From the NCBI GenBank assembly GCA_038087875.1, contig CM075995.1, positions 7,750,001 to 7,814,000 on the forward strand: a stretch of DNA of 64,000 bases. Reading direction: 5' to 3'. Below the pieces are notes generated by a model that ran no database searches, had not been told where the DNA came from, and was given only the letters and a program-made list of their open reading frames with translations. Below, one piece after another: positions 51,590 to 63,358 of the stretch. Made by a program: the position numbers and the translations under genes. The stretch comes from Malacoraja senta (Eukaryota). The stretch's first letter is position 1. Each line of letters begins with the position of its first letter.

Positions 51590-53066
51590 ATTACACTGAT
51601 GGGTGATCTGTGTCCATTAATCCTGTAATACTCAAACTCAAGTCCCCACTTGCGTCCTGGGTCTCTGTTCTGGGGGAACCCCCTGGTGTTACAGGTGCAG
51701 GTCTTGGTGTGTCAAGGCTGGGATAGTCTGTGAATGCAGCTGAGAGTGCAGAGAAGCTACTAGATCTTGCAGGCTGCATTAGGCAGTGTATGTGGAAGTA
51801 GTGGCTACCTGCTGTGATGGTGTTGATGTAGGCTGCTGCTGCTGTTTCTGTGAGTACTGCTGTTGTGAGTGGGACTGGGTGACCTGCCCGTGGGTGAGGT
51901 GGCCATCGGTGAGCATGACATCACCGGTGGTGGCATCTGTGGAGGTCCCATCGCTGACTGTGGCTGAAACACAGAAACATATCAATATTAAGTGGAAGGC
52001 AAATAAATTACAACTTTTCACAAGCTGTGTGTGACAAAGAATTTCAAGTCCAATTCACAAAAGGTATTTTAAAATGAGGTAACCTGGTGAGCCTGCTGAT
52101 GTGGTGGTCCCATCAGTGGCATCTGTTGTGGTGGGGGTCCCATCTGTGCCTGTACCATGTGTCCCATCTGCTGCTGAGATTGCAACACACATGAATTCAT
52201 TGTGAATATTTCATACAAAAACATAAATTTTAAGGTCAAATATTAAAATCAAATTTCCCCAAAATTCCACAAAAATTACTTAATATATTTACCGGCTGAG
52301 AGAAGTTATGGGCCATCGTCATGGCAGCCATGGTGTACTTGAACCACATGTTCTCTGGTATCTTGAGCAGCTCAGTTTTTAAGAATCCCTGGAAGATGTC
52401 AACAGCCCTCTCATGTGATGTCTGGGGCTGTGTCATGGCCTGTCTTGCCTCCCCGGCCTCTGTTGCCTGTTGCATGCGCTGCAACATAAATGAGTATGAT
52501 ACAGGTAAGTAAATTTGGAAAAAAAAGATGGGTGGGTGGATGAGAAGAGAAATCTGCCAAAAATTGCCCCAAAAGTACTTGCTGCCTTGATCAGCTCAGG
52601 GCGACTTGCCTCTCTCTCCTCTACCCCAGTTGCATTTGGGGTGGAGCCTGCAGTGAAGCTGACAGTGGTCCTGCTCGTCTTGCTGTGCTGCTGACTGGTG
52701 GAGCGGGTGGATCCAGAGGTTCCCTCAAGTGGATCAACCACCTCTTCACTGGACATACTGGGCAGTGGCTTCTTCTTGTCAAACTGGAAGAAAATAAATG
52801 TGTTTTACAAACTTTGAAGACCAAGCAAGATGACAAACAAATTATCAATTTCACAATAACTATTTTATAATAATTACCTTCATGGTGGTTTGTCTCCTCT
52901 CCACTCGTACTCTTTGTGAATTGATGAAGCCCCGTTTGTCAATGATACACTGCTGTCTTGGGGTAAGGGCTTTGCCACCAGACCCTGACTTGTTCCCACT
53001 CTGAGACAGATTGCCATATTTTGTTCCCTTTTCTCTGGCTTTTGAACCACAGACAGAGTTGGGCAT
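51590..53066 (-). pseudogene. Harbinger MADF-BESS-like gene, right arm
   Basis: Mirror of 46119-47570 with the same splice sites. Confidence 0.7.
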
Positions 53067-53743
53067 CTGTAAAAAAACAAATAAATAAAGACCAGTGTGA
53101 ATTGCCTGCCTGCAAGAGAATGGAAGAGCTACTGCTGGAAACTTGCAAGGTTTAACATTCTGTACATGTTACCACATATGGAAAAAAAAAAACACAGAAA
53201 ACCCCCCCCCAAAAAATACTAAATGTACGGTCGTAGCTTGTCGTCAGTATGGTCGTACATTGTCACCGATATAGGCGTAGATGGACTTCATCATCAGCAT
53301 CTCGGCTGGCTGTTGCAGCTTGACTTCTGTGGACTTGGGTTTTTCCCAATGCCTGTCGCTACTTGACTTCTCTTGACGCCGGTTGACATAGGTAGTCGCC
53401 AATGGAATTTACCAGTCAGCACCGGCGACAGCCTACATCACCTGGCGACAACCAACAACAACACCTACGACAGGAGAAGTTAAGCTGTGATCAATGGCGT
53501 GACACCCACGGTCGCCGAAATTTTTTGTACATTTTGAAAATCCAGCGGTGACCAGAAAGGCTCTTTGGGCGACTGAGGACCACGAGGACCTTACCACCAT
53601 ATAGGCAAAACTAGACTCATGACCATACAGGCGACACCCTGGCAACCATGTGGCGACAGCCTAGTCGCCTGTAGTCGCCTAAAAAATTGCCTAAGTGGGA
53701 CAGGCCCTTTAGCCCTCCGAGTCCATCTGGCCATTACATAGTC

Positions 53744-54779
53744 TAGGTATGTTACAAAACTTACCTTCAGTCGCGCTGTAATTCTGCCACTGGCCATGTG
53801 CGCGATTTTGGCGCCTTTAAGGGGGGGGCGGGGTTAAAACGCGGGTTTCTCCTACCTTGTCCTGAATTATATTTCGTGGAGTACAAGCGTTTGCTGAAAA
53901 ATCGTTCCTAGGGGTGTTTTGTGAATTTTTTATTTTTATTAAATCGTCAATGTCAGCGCTGGAATAATTTTAAAAGCAGCTCCTGAAGCGTCAACGCCGA
54001 TAACGGGGACGGATTTCACACACGGGACAGGTAAACGAAAGTGGTTTCTTTAAATGTATAAAAGTGCTTAAGAAGCCTTTAATTCACTTTTTTTCATGCG
54101 AAACGGTGATTTTATTCCCCGAACTAACGGCAGTATTTTTCATGCCAATACGGGGTTAAATTCACCGCAAATGAACGTTCCAAAAGATCGCGTTCCAGAA
54201 ATCCTCACTCACAAGATGATTTAAATGCCCATTAATTTACAGGTATTAAACATTCAATTCCTTCCATTTGGCCTGTAAATTCATGAAAATGAGATTTAAA
54301 AATTATGTTATATTGTGAATTATTGTGTGAATGTTATTTGGACACTTAGGCTATTTAAAAATGTTAATCTATTCTTAAGAAATTGATAGATGTTTAGATC
54401 TAGTAATTGAATTTTGTAATTAGCTACAATTAGGTAACTAACTAATTATATGCTTTACTTTCATGTCTTCTAAGTAAGATTGTTTCATATTTGTTTCAGA
54501 ATGCTTCAATCTATAATAACTGAAAATTTATTTCAGTTATCTTAATTTTTAAGAAAGTTATGGGCTTTTAACTGTCCTCGATCACAGCTTTTGTGTTAAG
54601 TCAATGGAAAAGCAATAGGGAACAAGATGCTAATTTCCGAGTATGAAAATGGCCATAACTTCTTTAATACTGAAGATATGAAAGTGAAGTAGGTGTCAAA
54701 TTAAACTTCTTTTTATGCTTTATCTGATGGGATAAATTGCACTTTATTTTTAAAATCTCAAAATTTTGTAACATTGCTA
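53744..54779. mobile_element. Non-autonomous DNA transposon, copy 2, with 7-bp TSD
   Basis: Same termini as copy 1; TSD catagtc at 53737-53743 and 54780-54786. Confidence 0.9.
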
Positions 54780-57057
54780 CATAGTCTTCCAAAGGAATGC
54801 CCCAGCTGACATTACCGCCTGCACAGCAGCCTGTGAATTCTGCACATTGGTCCCCACAGAACCAAAGATTCTAGTAAACAGAACGGCTCTGCCAGACATG
54901 GGTGAGGTAAAGTTAATGTAGGGGGCCGCCTCTGCCACGCAAAAAGATCTTTGGAAACGAGAGGGCTGCGCCGTTGACTCTTTGACGGGCCTCTGGCTCA
55001 CCCCTCTCGGGCATGTTTGTGTACCTGATGCTTTCCTGCCCGTTCTTTATAAATATACACTCCCTTACGCATGCTGGTAAGGAGGGAAGGGAATGTGGAA
55101 TGTTGCTTACCCTTTGGAGCTTTTATGAAATGGCCCGTGTCTAAGAGGGGTGAGCAGCAGCAGCAGAGAGAGTCGAGTGGGATTTAAGGGATGTGTAAAT
55201 GTGTGTTTCTGGTCGAGACTGTTCTTCAGTATGTGTTGCATTTATGAACAAAGTATGAACGTATTTGGGTTTATCAAAGTTTTAAGAGTTTGCATGGTGG
55301 ACAAAAGTTTTAAGAGTTTGCATGATTTCCTTGAAGTGAGAGTGAGAATGTTATTGTTATATAGTGTGTGGATATCTGAGATTCAGCATATTACATGAGG
55401 TGTGGAAATTTGTGAGTGAGTCACAAAAAAAAAGGGTGTGGAGTGAGTTTAAAGATTGTCACTTGTTTGTGGAACCGGTTCTGGGCGAATGTTGAATTAA
55501 TCCTATAATTCAGATGAAATAGGATGTCATTGAATGAGCTAGCTCTTTTACGTGATAAATCCTTGTAGAGTCTCATGTATTTTAAGAGGTAGTGTCTCTT
55601 TAAAAAGTTGCAGGTGTATGAGGGTGGAGCTGCAGAGTTATTTTCTTTTCCTTTGTTCCTTGGAAATGCGTTAGCTATCTATGTGAAAATTAACTGTTTA
55701 TTCTCTGTCAAGAAGATGCAAATATGCAGTTTGTTTTTGCCTTATCTGTGTTTTAAGTTTGATTAGAGGAAGATCACTGAACTTTATTGCCTTCCCTCAC
55801 AGTGGGAAACGTTGATTCCGTGTGGGGATGTTCATGTTAAATTCTATCGTGCATTGTGTTCTTTTTATTCGTGGCTGTATGGTAACTCAATTCTCACTGT
55901 ACCAATTGGTGCATGTGACAATAAATGTAACTTGAACTTAAATTTGTTTTCTTCCTATTTCTTACCTTTTGAATTCAGTTCAAGAAGAGACCTGGATTCC
56001 TCACTGGCCACGTGGAATCCTGGTCAAAGTGTAAGATGAGATTGGAGATGCCTATATCTCAGAGAAAATTTGTTAATTTGAAATTGTGAATTTGGAGAGA
56101 TAGAATGGAAATTGGGAATAATTTTTGAATTGTTTTTTTCCTTAATAATGATCTATTATTAACGGGTTTGCCTAGTAAGTAGTTAAAGAGTGATCTCACA
56201 TCCCCCACCACCCGCAGAGTTCTGGATTAGTGGAGGGAATGAATAGGACACTAAAGAGTTTGAATAAAGCCTAGACCGAGACGGGACAGGAATGGGTTAA
56301 GGTATTCCCAGTCATTCTGACGGTTCAGAACAACCCCAGTTAGAGCAGAAGTTAGTTTTGACCTACAGGCCCTCAGTGATGAATTGATCACGTCGCTCAG
56401 CAATTAACCCAAACCTTGTCAGTCTTACATTCACAGATATTGGAAACGCAGAAACCACCATCAGCTGACCATAACGGTGAATCCTTACCACCAGGAGACT
56501 ACGTACTAATAAGAAATTGGGATCGGAAGAAACTGGGAGAACGGTATGAAGGGGCCCTGCCAAGTACTACTGATCACACCTACAGCAGTGAAGGTCGAAA
56601 ATCATCCTCGTTGGATACACCAAACTGATTGCAAAAGAATTGGAACCTGGAATAAGGACAATTAAATTAATAACTCTCCTCAGTGTCCTGGGAATGGCCC
56701 AGATGGCCTGGACTATATCTTTTTGTCTATGAGTTATGATAGACAATTGACAATAGGTGCAGGAGTAGGCCATTCGGCCCTTCGAGCTAGCACCGCCATT
56801 CAATGTGATCATGGCTGATCATCCCCAATCAGTACCCCGTTCCTGCCTTCTCCCCATATCCCCTGACTCCGCTATCTTTAAGAGCCCAATCTAGCTCTCT
56901 CTTGAAAGCATCCAGAGAACTGGCCTCCACCGCCCTCTGAGGCAGAGAATTCCACAGACTCACAACTCTATGTGAGAAAAAGTATTTCCTCGTCTCTGTT
57001 CTAAATGGCTTACCCCTTATTCTTAACCTGTGGCCCCTGGTTCTGGACTCACCCAAT

Positions 57058-57839
57058 GATTGCCATTCCATTTAATAGAACTCGAGGACTAACCTATATA
57101 TAACAATTTTAAAGGATGGTACACTCCCCCTGTTGGAAAATAGATGAGACCAGAATTTGGAGAATTCCCTGACTGAGACTAGCAAGCAATCCCCGTATAC
57201 CAGTTAATGCCACTTGTCATTGTAACAACCCTGGGAAAGGAGTACATTTGGGAAACAGCTCATGCACCAAAATCTCTTCTCTGGGACCACCACGACCAGC
57301 AAATGGAACACACTTTGTATGTGGGTTATGGTCATACCCTTTGGCTGCCAGGGATGCCGCCAGGAAACAACAGCGTTTGGGATAGGATGATGGGGAAGAA
57401 CGACAACTGGAAAGGATGCTGCTATCTGGCTTATGTCGTTCCCCACATGCGTAACGTGAAACGACTAATCGAGTTATCCCTTCCCTTGCCATCCGCACTA
57501 TGGCCTTACAAAATTGTATGGCATTAGACTTTATCTTGGCAGAAAAAAGGAGGCACATGTGCCATAATAAAATGAGAAAATTGCACCTATATCTTTTTAG
57601 ATGAGACTTCTAATATCGCCGACCTTGCTACCTATATTTCCCAAGAAAACAAAAAGATCCCTAAGGTTGGCAGTGATATGCATGGATACAATGAAGGAAG
57701 TGGGAGCTGGTGGCCGCTCAGTTGGTTTGGTGGACTCCGAGGTACTTTGTTACATTATGGCTCTATATTTTTGTTAATCATTGCTCTGATTTTTATTGTT
57801 AGATGCTTGCGACCATCGTGTACCTACCGAGGACAGTGA
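57058..57839 (+). pseudogene. Retroviral env remnant
   Basis: WKGCCYLAYVVP, then immunosuppressive-domain-like ALQNCMALDFILAEK/GGTCAII..NCTYI and TM anchor LLHYGSIFLLIIALIFIV; frameshift, stop codon and deleted fusion peptide. Confidence 0.88.
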
Positions 57840-57869
57840 ATGTTATCATGTTATGATAAAAGGAGGGAA

Positions 57870-58455
57870 TGAAAGAGTTAAAGTTAAAGTAGGTAACAAA
57901 ATGGACACTGCTTTTAGTTTAGAAGTATACAAAATGGGTGCCTTGCCCTTTCCTCTCAATACTCAGTAAGATTGAAGTATACAAAATGGGTGCCTTTTCC
58001 TATGATCTAAATACTCAGCAAAATGTACAGAACACTGGGTGCCTTGCCCTTTACTCTGGATATTCAGCCAGATTGAAGTGTACAGACGCTGAGACAACAA
58101 GGTAAAGACAAGACTGTTTGAATCTGCAGAGATAAGGAATAGCTCCTTCGAGCAAAACCATATATGGACATAACCTTTCCTTTATCGGAAGAAATTACCG
58201 ATCTTTAATATTACCATATATGGACAATGCAAGAGGCTGTACAATGCTCTGTAAGATAAAGAATTGCTGACTATTGGGGTATCAGTACATCTGATTGAAC
58301 ATTACATCTGTGTGTGTGGAACACGAGGAATTTGGTTTCTGTGTTTACATACTGAGCGTTGCCTCCCATACCTGCCTGGGCGAAATAAAGACGTTACTGC
58401 TTTATTACTAACTTAATTGTGTTGTTATCTGTTTGAAGCGAATTGGACTTTAACA
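57870..58455 (+). repeat. ERV 3' LTR
   Basis: PPT aaaaggagggaa then TGAAAG; AATAAA at ~58384; ends ctttaaCA. Confidence 0.75.
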
Positions 58456-59224
58456 ATGTCTGAAGAAAAGGGAGAATATTAATCAAATGCTGCAAAAATG
58501 CAAAAAGGAATTTATTTTTTAATTTCGTACTAGGGCAAAATTCAACTACTCACAATGAATATAAAAATGTCATAAAACTCCTTTGAGAATATTAAAACCC
58601 GAATATAATTAAAACGGATTTTCCGCCTTTGGAGGGAAAAAAAAGGTCGTTATACAAAACAAATCACCGCACAATTACAGAAAGTGCTTTAAAAAAACTA
58701 TTTTGTTACTAATAACAAGTAATTACATCACTGACAAACTGCACGCAAAAGAAATGGTCAACACAACATATTAAGTTCATGGAAAAGCAACCTTTCATTC
58801 TGAATATACGACCACCAGAACAAACTAGGACAATCTATGCTGAGTAACAGCAAAACAGTGGGTATTTTTAAGAGGTACCGAGGTACAGTACAATGAAAAG
58901 CTTTTGTTGCGTGCTAACCAGCCAGCAGAAAGACAATACATGATTACAATCGAGCCATCCACAGTGTACTGATACATGATAAGGGAATTCTATGATACTA
59001 CTGTTGGTGTGATTATAATGGATGAATGAATGAATGGTCACATGTGACAAGTCACAGTGATATTCTTTGTTTTACACACCCAAGGTGTGCAAAGAGTCTC
59101 CACATAAAGGGCGCCGGCTAAGTTACAAAGTATTCCGTTTTACACAAACCATTTTAAACACATTCCATTTGTGGTCCCCCTTAGTTCCCTCTTGATTATA
59201 TTCAGGTTTTACATAGAAAAATAA

Positions 59225-59580
59225 TCATAGGAATGGCACAGCGGGTCCGGCAGCATTTCTGGAGAGAAGCAATGGGTGACGTTTTGGGTGGAGACTTCTT
59301 CAGAGTGAGAGTCAGCGGAGGGGGAAAACAAGAGATGTGGAAGGGTAAGGTGCGATAACGAGAGATCAACAGGGACGATGCTCAAGGAAAATGTAGAATA
59401 GATCATTGTTAGCTAGGGAAGTTGACAATGAGGCATACGAAGTAATATTTAATCAGGAGTCAGACTGGTCGGAGAACTAGGATGGGGAAGGGATGGAGAG
59501 AGAGGAAAAGCAAGGGATACTTGAAGTTAGAAAAGTCAATATTCATATCACTGTAGGCTGCCCAAGCGAAATATGAAGTG
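59225..59580 (-). mobile_element. Penelope 3' remnant
   Basis: Antisense FIFRLGSLQ..MNIDFSNFK plus a degenerate pLTR. Confidence 0.65.
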
Positions 59581-60719
59581 TTACTGGTGTCAGGGGTTAT
59601 GGGGAGAAAGGCAGGAGAACGGGGTTAGGAGGGAGAGACAGATCAGCCTTGATTGAATGGCGGATAGACTTGATGGGCGGAATGGCCTGATCCTGCTCCT
59701 ATCAATTATGACCTTATGACCTAGTCATCAACAAGTAATCGGACAGTTTAACAAGCTTATACTACCAGTCACGTACTGGAGAAACACGTACACAAATGTT
59801 TATGAACCCCACAGAGTGTACGTTTAGTAATCAGTGCAGAAACTAAATCCTATTATTTGGCCAGCAGCATCACCTCTACGTATATTTAGATGGCTTTTTC
59901 TTCTTCTATTTAATGGGCCAAATGGTCTATTGGAGCACAGGAGGATGAGGGGTGATCTTATAGAGGTGTATGAAAAAAAATCATGAGATTTTTGCCCAGA
60001 GAGTTGTGAATCTGTGGAATTCTCTGCCTTAGAAAAGCTCTTAAAGGTAGCAGAGTCAAGGGATATGGGGAGAAGGCAGGAACGGGATACTGATGATCAG
60101 CCATGATCACATTGAAAGGCGGTGCTGGCTCAAAGCGCCGAATGGCCTACTCCTGCACCTATTGTCTATTGTCTACGTGAATCGCGGACCAGAGGACATA
60201 AGTTTAAGGTGAAGTGGGGAAAAATGTAATAGGAATTTGAGGGGTCATTTTTTTCCACACGAAGGGTGCCAAAGGAGGTAGTCGAGGCAGGGACCATCCC
60301 AACATTTATGAACGTTTAAGAAACGGTTAGAAACAGTTGAACGGTCAGTACATAGGTAGGACATGTTTGGAGGGATATGGACCAAACGCAGGTGGGTGGT
60401 CCATAGCTAGTAGTGCAGCTGGGACATGTTGGCGGGTGTGGGCAAGTTGGGCCAAAGGGCCTGTTTTCACGCTGTATCACTCTATGACTCCATGAACGAC
60501 AATGTTTACAAGGCTTATGGACAATAAGTGCTGGAGTATCTCAGAGGGTCAGGCAGCATCTCTGGAGAAGGTGGATAAGCGACGTTTCGGATTGGGACCC
60601 CTGGTCACCTCAATGGCTAAAAACACTCACTTTGCCAGATTCATCAAAAGTAGCGTAAATCTTTTCAAACTTATTTTTCAAACAAGTACATTTGCAAAGC
60701 ACAAATTATTACCTTCCAT

Positions 60720-61813
60720 ACAGAGATTTTAGTTTGTGGTTCCGGGAGATTGTCAAGATTTGCAGATTCTCAACAAACGTCATCAAAAGGTTGTGGCAGA
60801 CGGTGAGTTATCACAACAATCTCCAGTCGAGTCCGGCGTGCCACTGGGAACGGTGTTGGGGCCCTTGCTGTTCTTGATCTATATCAACGATCTGCCTGAC
60901 AACCTGAGTGAGACTCTTTGCAGACGACTGTAATGTGTATCGAGAAATCAAATCTCCTGAAGATGCCAAGGTTCTTCAAAATGACATAAACCATCTTTGG
61001 CAAATGGGTTTCACATCAAATCAAACCAAATGCTTTTCCACGAGAGTTGCTCATAAAGCCAAGCCGATCATGAACGGGTACAAGATGGGAGACAGCCTGC
61101 TTAAAGAAGTTGATCACCACCCATACCTGGGAGTTGAACTCACATCTGGCCTAGCCTGGAACGCACACATGAACCAGATTGCCACAAAAGCAAACAAAAC
61201 TTTGGGCCTTCTCCAGAGAAACTTATCCGGTTGTGACAAACCAATTAAGGAGGTAGCGTAGAAAGCATTTGTCAGCCCACTGTTGGAAAATTGCCAGACA
61301 ATATGGGACCCTCACCAGAAAAATAGCATTGACACCATTGACAAGGTTCAGATGCGTGCAGCCTGGTTTGTCTATAACGGCTACTCGAGACAGTTAAGTG
61401 TTTCCGTAAATCACCTTGGCTGGGAGTCGCTGGAGTCAAGACGCACCAAAGCCCACTTATGTACTGTCTACTCATAGCATCATCCCCAGTAACATATCTC
61501 ACCTCATTCAATCCAATACCCAGAAATCTACAAGTCAGTCCTCAGGTCACTTTATTTATACTAGAATTAGAGCAAACAAACATAGCTATCTACAGTCACT
61601 ATATCCATGGACTATCCTTCCCGACACCACCAGATGTGCACCAACCTTGTCACACTTCAAGTCACAGCTCAACAACTTGGACATGGATCATCTCACCAAA
61701 CCTGTCCACATACAAATCTAAATAACCCTTTTGTAACCAGTGCCCATGCGAGCGTTACCTGCACGAGGTAGCCCAGCTGTTGGCGGATGTGCAGTAGCAA
61801 GCAGAAGCAGAAG
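60720..61813 (+). mobile_element. CR1/L2-group LINE of a different lineage, RT to 3' end
   Basis: [48 protein letters not shown] and IWDPH..IDKVQMRAAWFV; (GCAGAA)n tail. Confidence 0.85.
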
Positions 61814-63049
61814 ATTGTAAACTGTGGGGTAGGGATTAATGCAGTTACAGCACCATGTATCCCAGAAAGAAAATGAAACAAAGGCCAAGCATTCAAAGCT
61901 GAGTGTGTACATTTTGATTAGGATGTGTGTCATGGGTTATGGGGTTGAGAGGTGGAGATGGATCAGCCATGATTGAATGGCGGAGTAGAATTGATAGGCA
62001 AATTGGCCCAATTCTGCTCCGAGAACTTATGAACAAATGGTTCTCTTAGAAAACATTCAGAGCTGTTTAGTTACTTAAATCAAAGCAATATGATGTAAGC
62101 TTCTATCAGGCAACTGAATCATCCTGCCACGAGAGAGCAGTCCTGAACTTCTATCCACCTCATTGATGACCCTCGGACTATTTTTGACCGGACTTTACTG
62201 GCTTTAACTTTCACTAAACGTTCTTCCCTTATCATGTATCTGTACACTGTAAATGGCTCGATTGAAATCATGTATTGTCTTCCCGCTGACAGGACAGCAT
62301 TCAACAAAAGCTTTTCACTGTACCTCGGTACACGTGACAATAAACTAAACTGAAACGTAGTTGAAAGGGGGAGGAAGTGAATGATATCGCAATGAATGAA
62401 TATATATGACGTGTATAAAACATGTATCAAACATGAACATGTATAATGTCATGAGAGGGATAGATCAGGTAGACACACAGACTCTTGCCCAGAGTAGGGG
62501 AATCGAGGACCAGAGGATCTAGGTTCAGGGTGAAGGGGAAAAGATTTAATGGAAAACCGAGGGGTGACTTTTTCTTATAAAGCGTGGTTGAAGGAGCGGC
62601 CGGAGGAGGTAGTTGAGGAAAGTACTATAGCAACGTCTAAGGAAGAATTAGACAGGTGCATGGTTAGGACAGGTTTAGAGGGATATATGGGCCAAATGCA
62701 GGTTGGTGGGACTAGTGTAGACGGGACATGTTGGCCTGTGTGGGCATGATGGGCCGAAGGGTCTGTTTCCACGCTGGATGACTCGATGACACTACACGCC
62801 GTTTCTTGGTTCACCTTCTGAACAAAAAAATATGAAAGAGTTCTATGGAAAGAAAGATGATGAAAAATTGGAAGATAAACTGAAGAGATTAAAAAGAGGC
62901 ATGTAAATTTTATTGAAAAAAATCCAGCATTTTTTCCTCCCATGATTTACAAAAAGATGTGAAGGCTGCTGTTGCAATGATTGCCAACATTTCTCACCAA
63001 TAACTTCTCAGTCCAGCTGAATCAGAAAAGGCGATCTTATTTTTTGTTT

Positions 63050-63358
63050 TTTAGCTTAGAGATACAGTGCGGAAACAAGCCCTTCGGCACAACAAGTCCG
63101 TGCCAACCAGTGATCCCCCTATCCTAACACTAACACTATCCTCCACACACTTGGGACAATTTACATTTATACCAAGCTAATTAACCTACAAACCTATACG
63201 CCTTTGGACTGTGGGAGGAAACTGGAGGATCTGGAGATAACCCACGCAGGTCACGGGGAGAACGTACAAACTCCATGCAGTCAGGCACCCGTAGTCAGGA
63301 TCGACCCTGGGTCCCTGGTGCTGTAAGGCAGCAGCTCTACCTCTGCGCCACCGTGCCA
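63050..63358 (-). mobile_element. Full-length V-SINE (HE1-like)
   Basis: Head ggcacggtggcgcagaggtagag, V-domain and CR1-type tail. Confidence 0.85.

Larger units (their letters stand above)
45563..53706. mobile_element. 8.1-kb inverted duplication (fold-back) of a PIF/Harbinger transposon
   Basis: Arms ~45563-49344 and ~49794-53706 are reverse complements from ggcctgtcccac...gtgggacaggcc inward. Each arm has a MADF gene and a convergent transposase, and CGAC-rich subterminal repeats are present. Confidence 0.93.
56195..58455 (+). mobile_element. Class I (gamma/epsilon-like) endogenous retrovirus remnant: integrase end, env, PPT and 3' LTR
   Basis: HHPQSSGLVEGMNRTLK and PGDYVLIR..RYEGPCQVLLITPTAVKV..WIHQTDCK; env motifs; CR1 insert at 56740-57056. 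The 54787-56195 region may be deleted leader sequence (uncertain). Confidence 0.88.

Noticed and set aside
45563-53706. Palindrome as a pure assembly or fold-back read artefact
   Set aside because: The arms differ by many substitutions and distinct indels, and the loop is unique rearranged sequence. An artefact should give near-identical arms. Long-read confirmation is still advisable.
54840-54870. Primer-binding site or 5' LTR end for the ERV (cattggtcccc)
   Set aside because: It matches no tRNA 3' end I recognise, and there is no upstream copy of the 57870-58455 LTR.
57058-57839. Captured syncytin-like env gene
   Set aside because: It has a frameshift, an in-frame stop, a missing fusion peptide and a CR1 insertion upstream.
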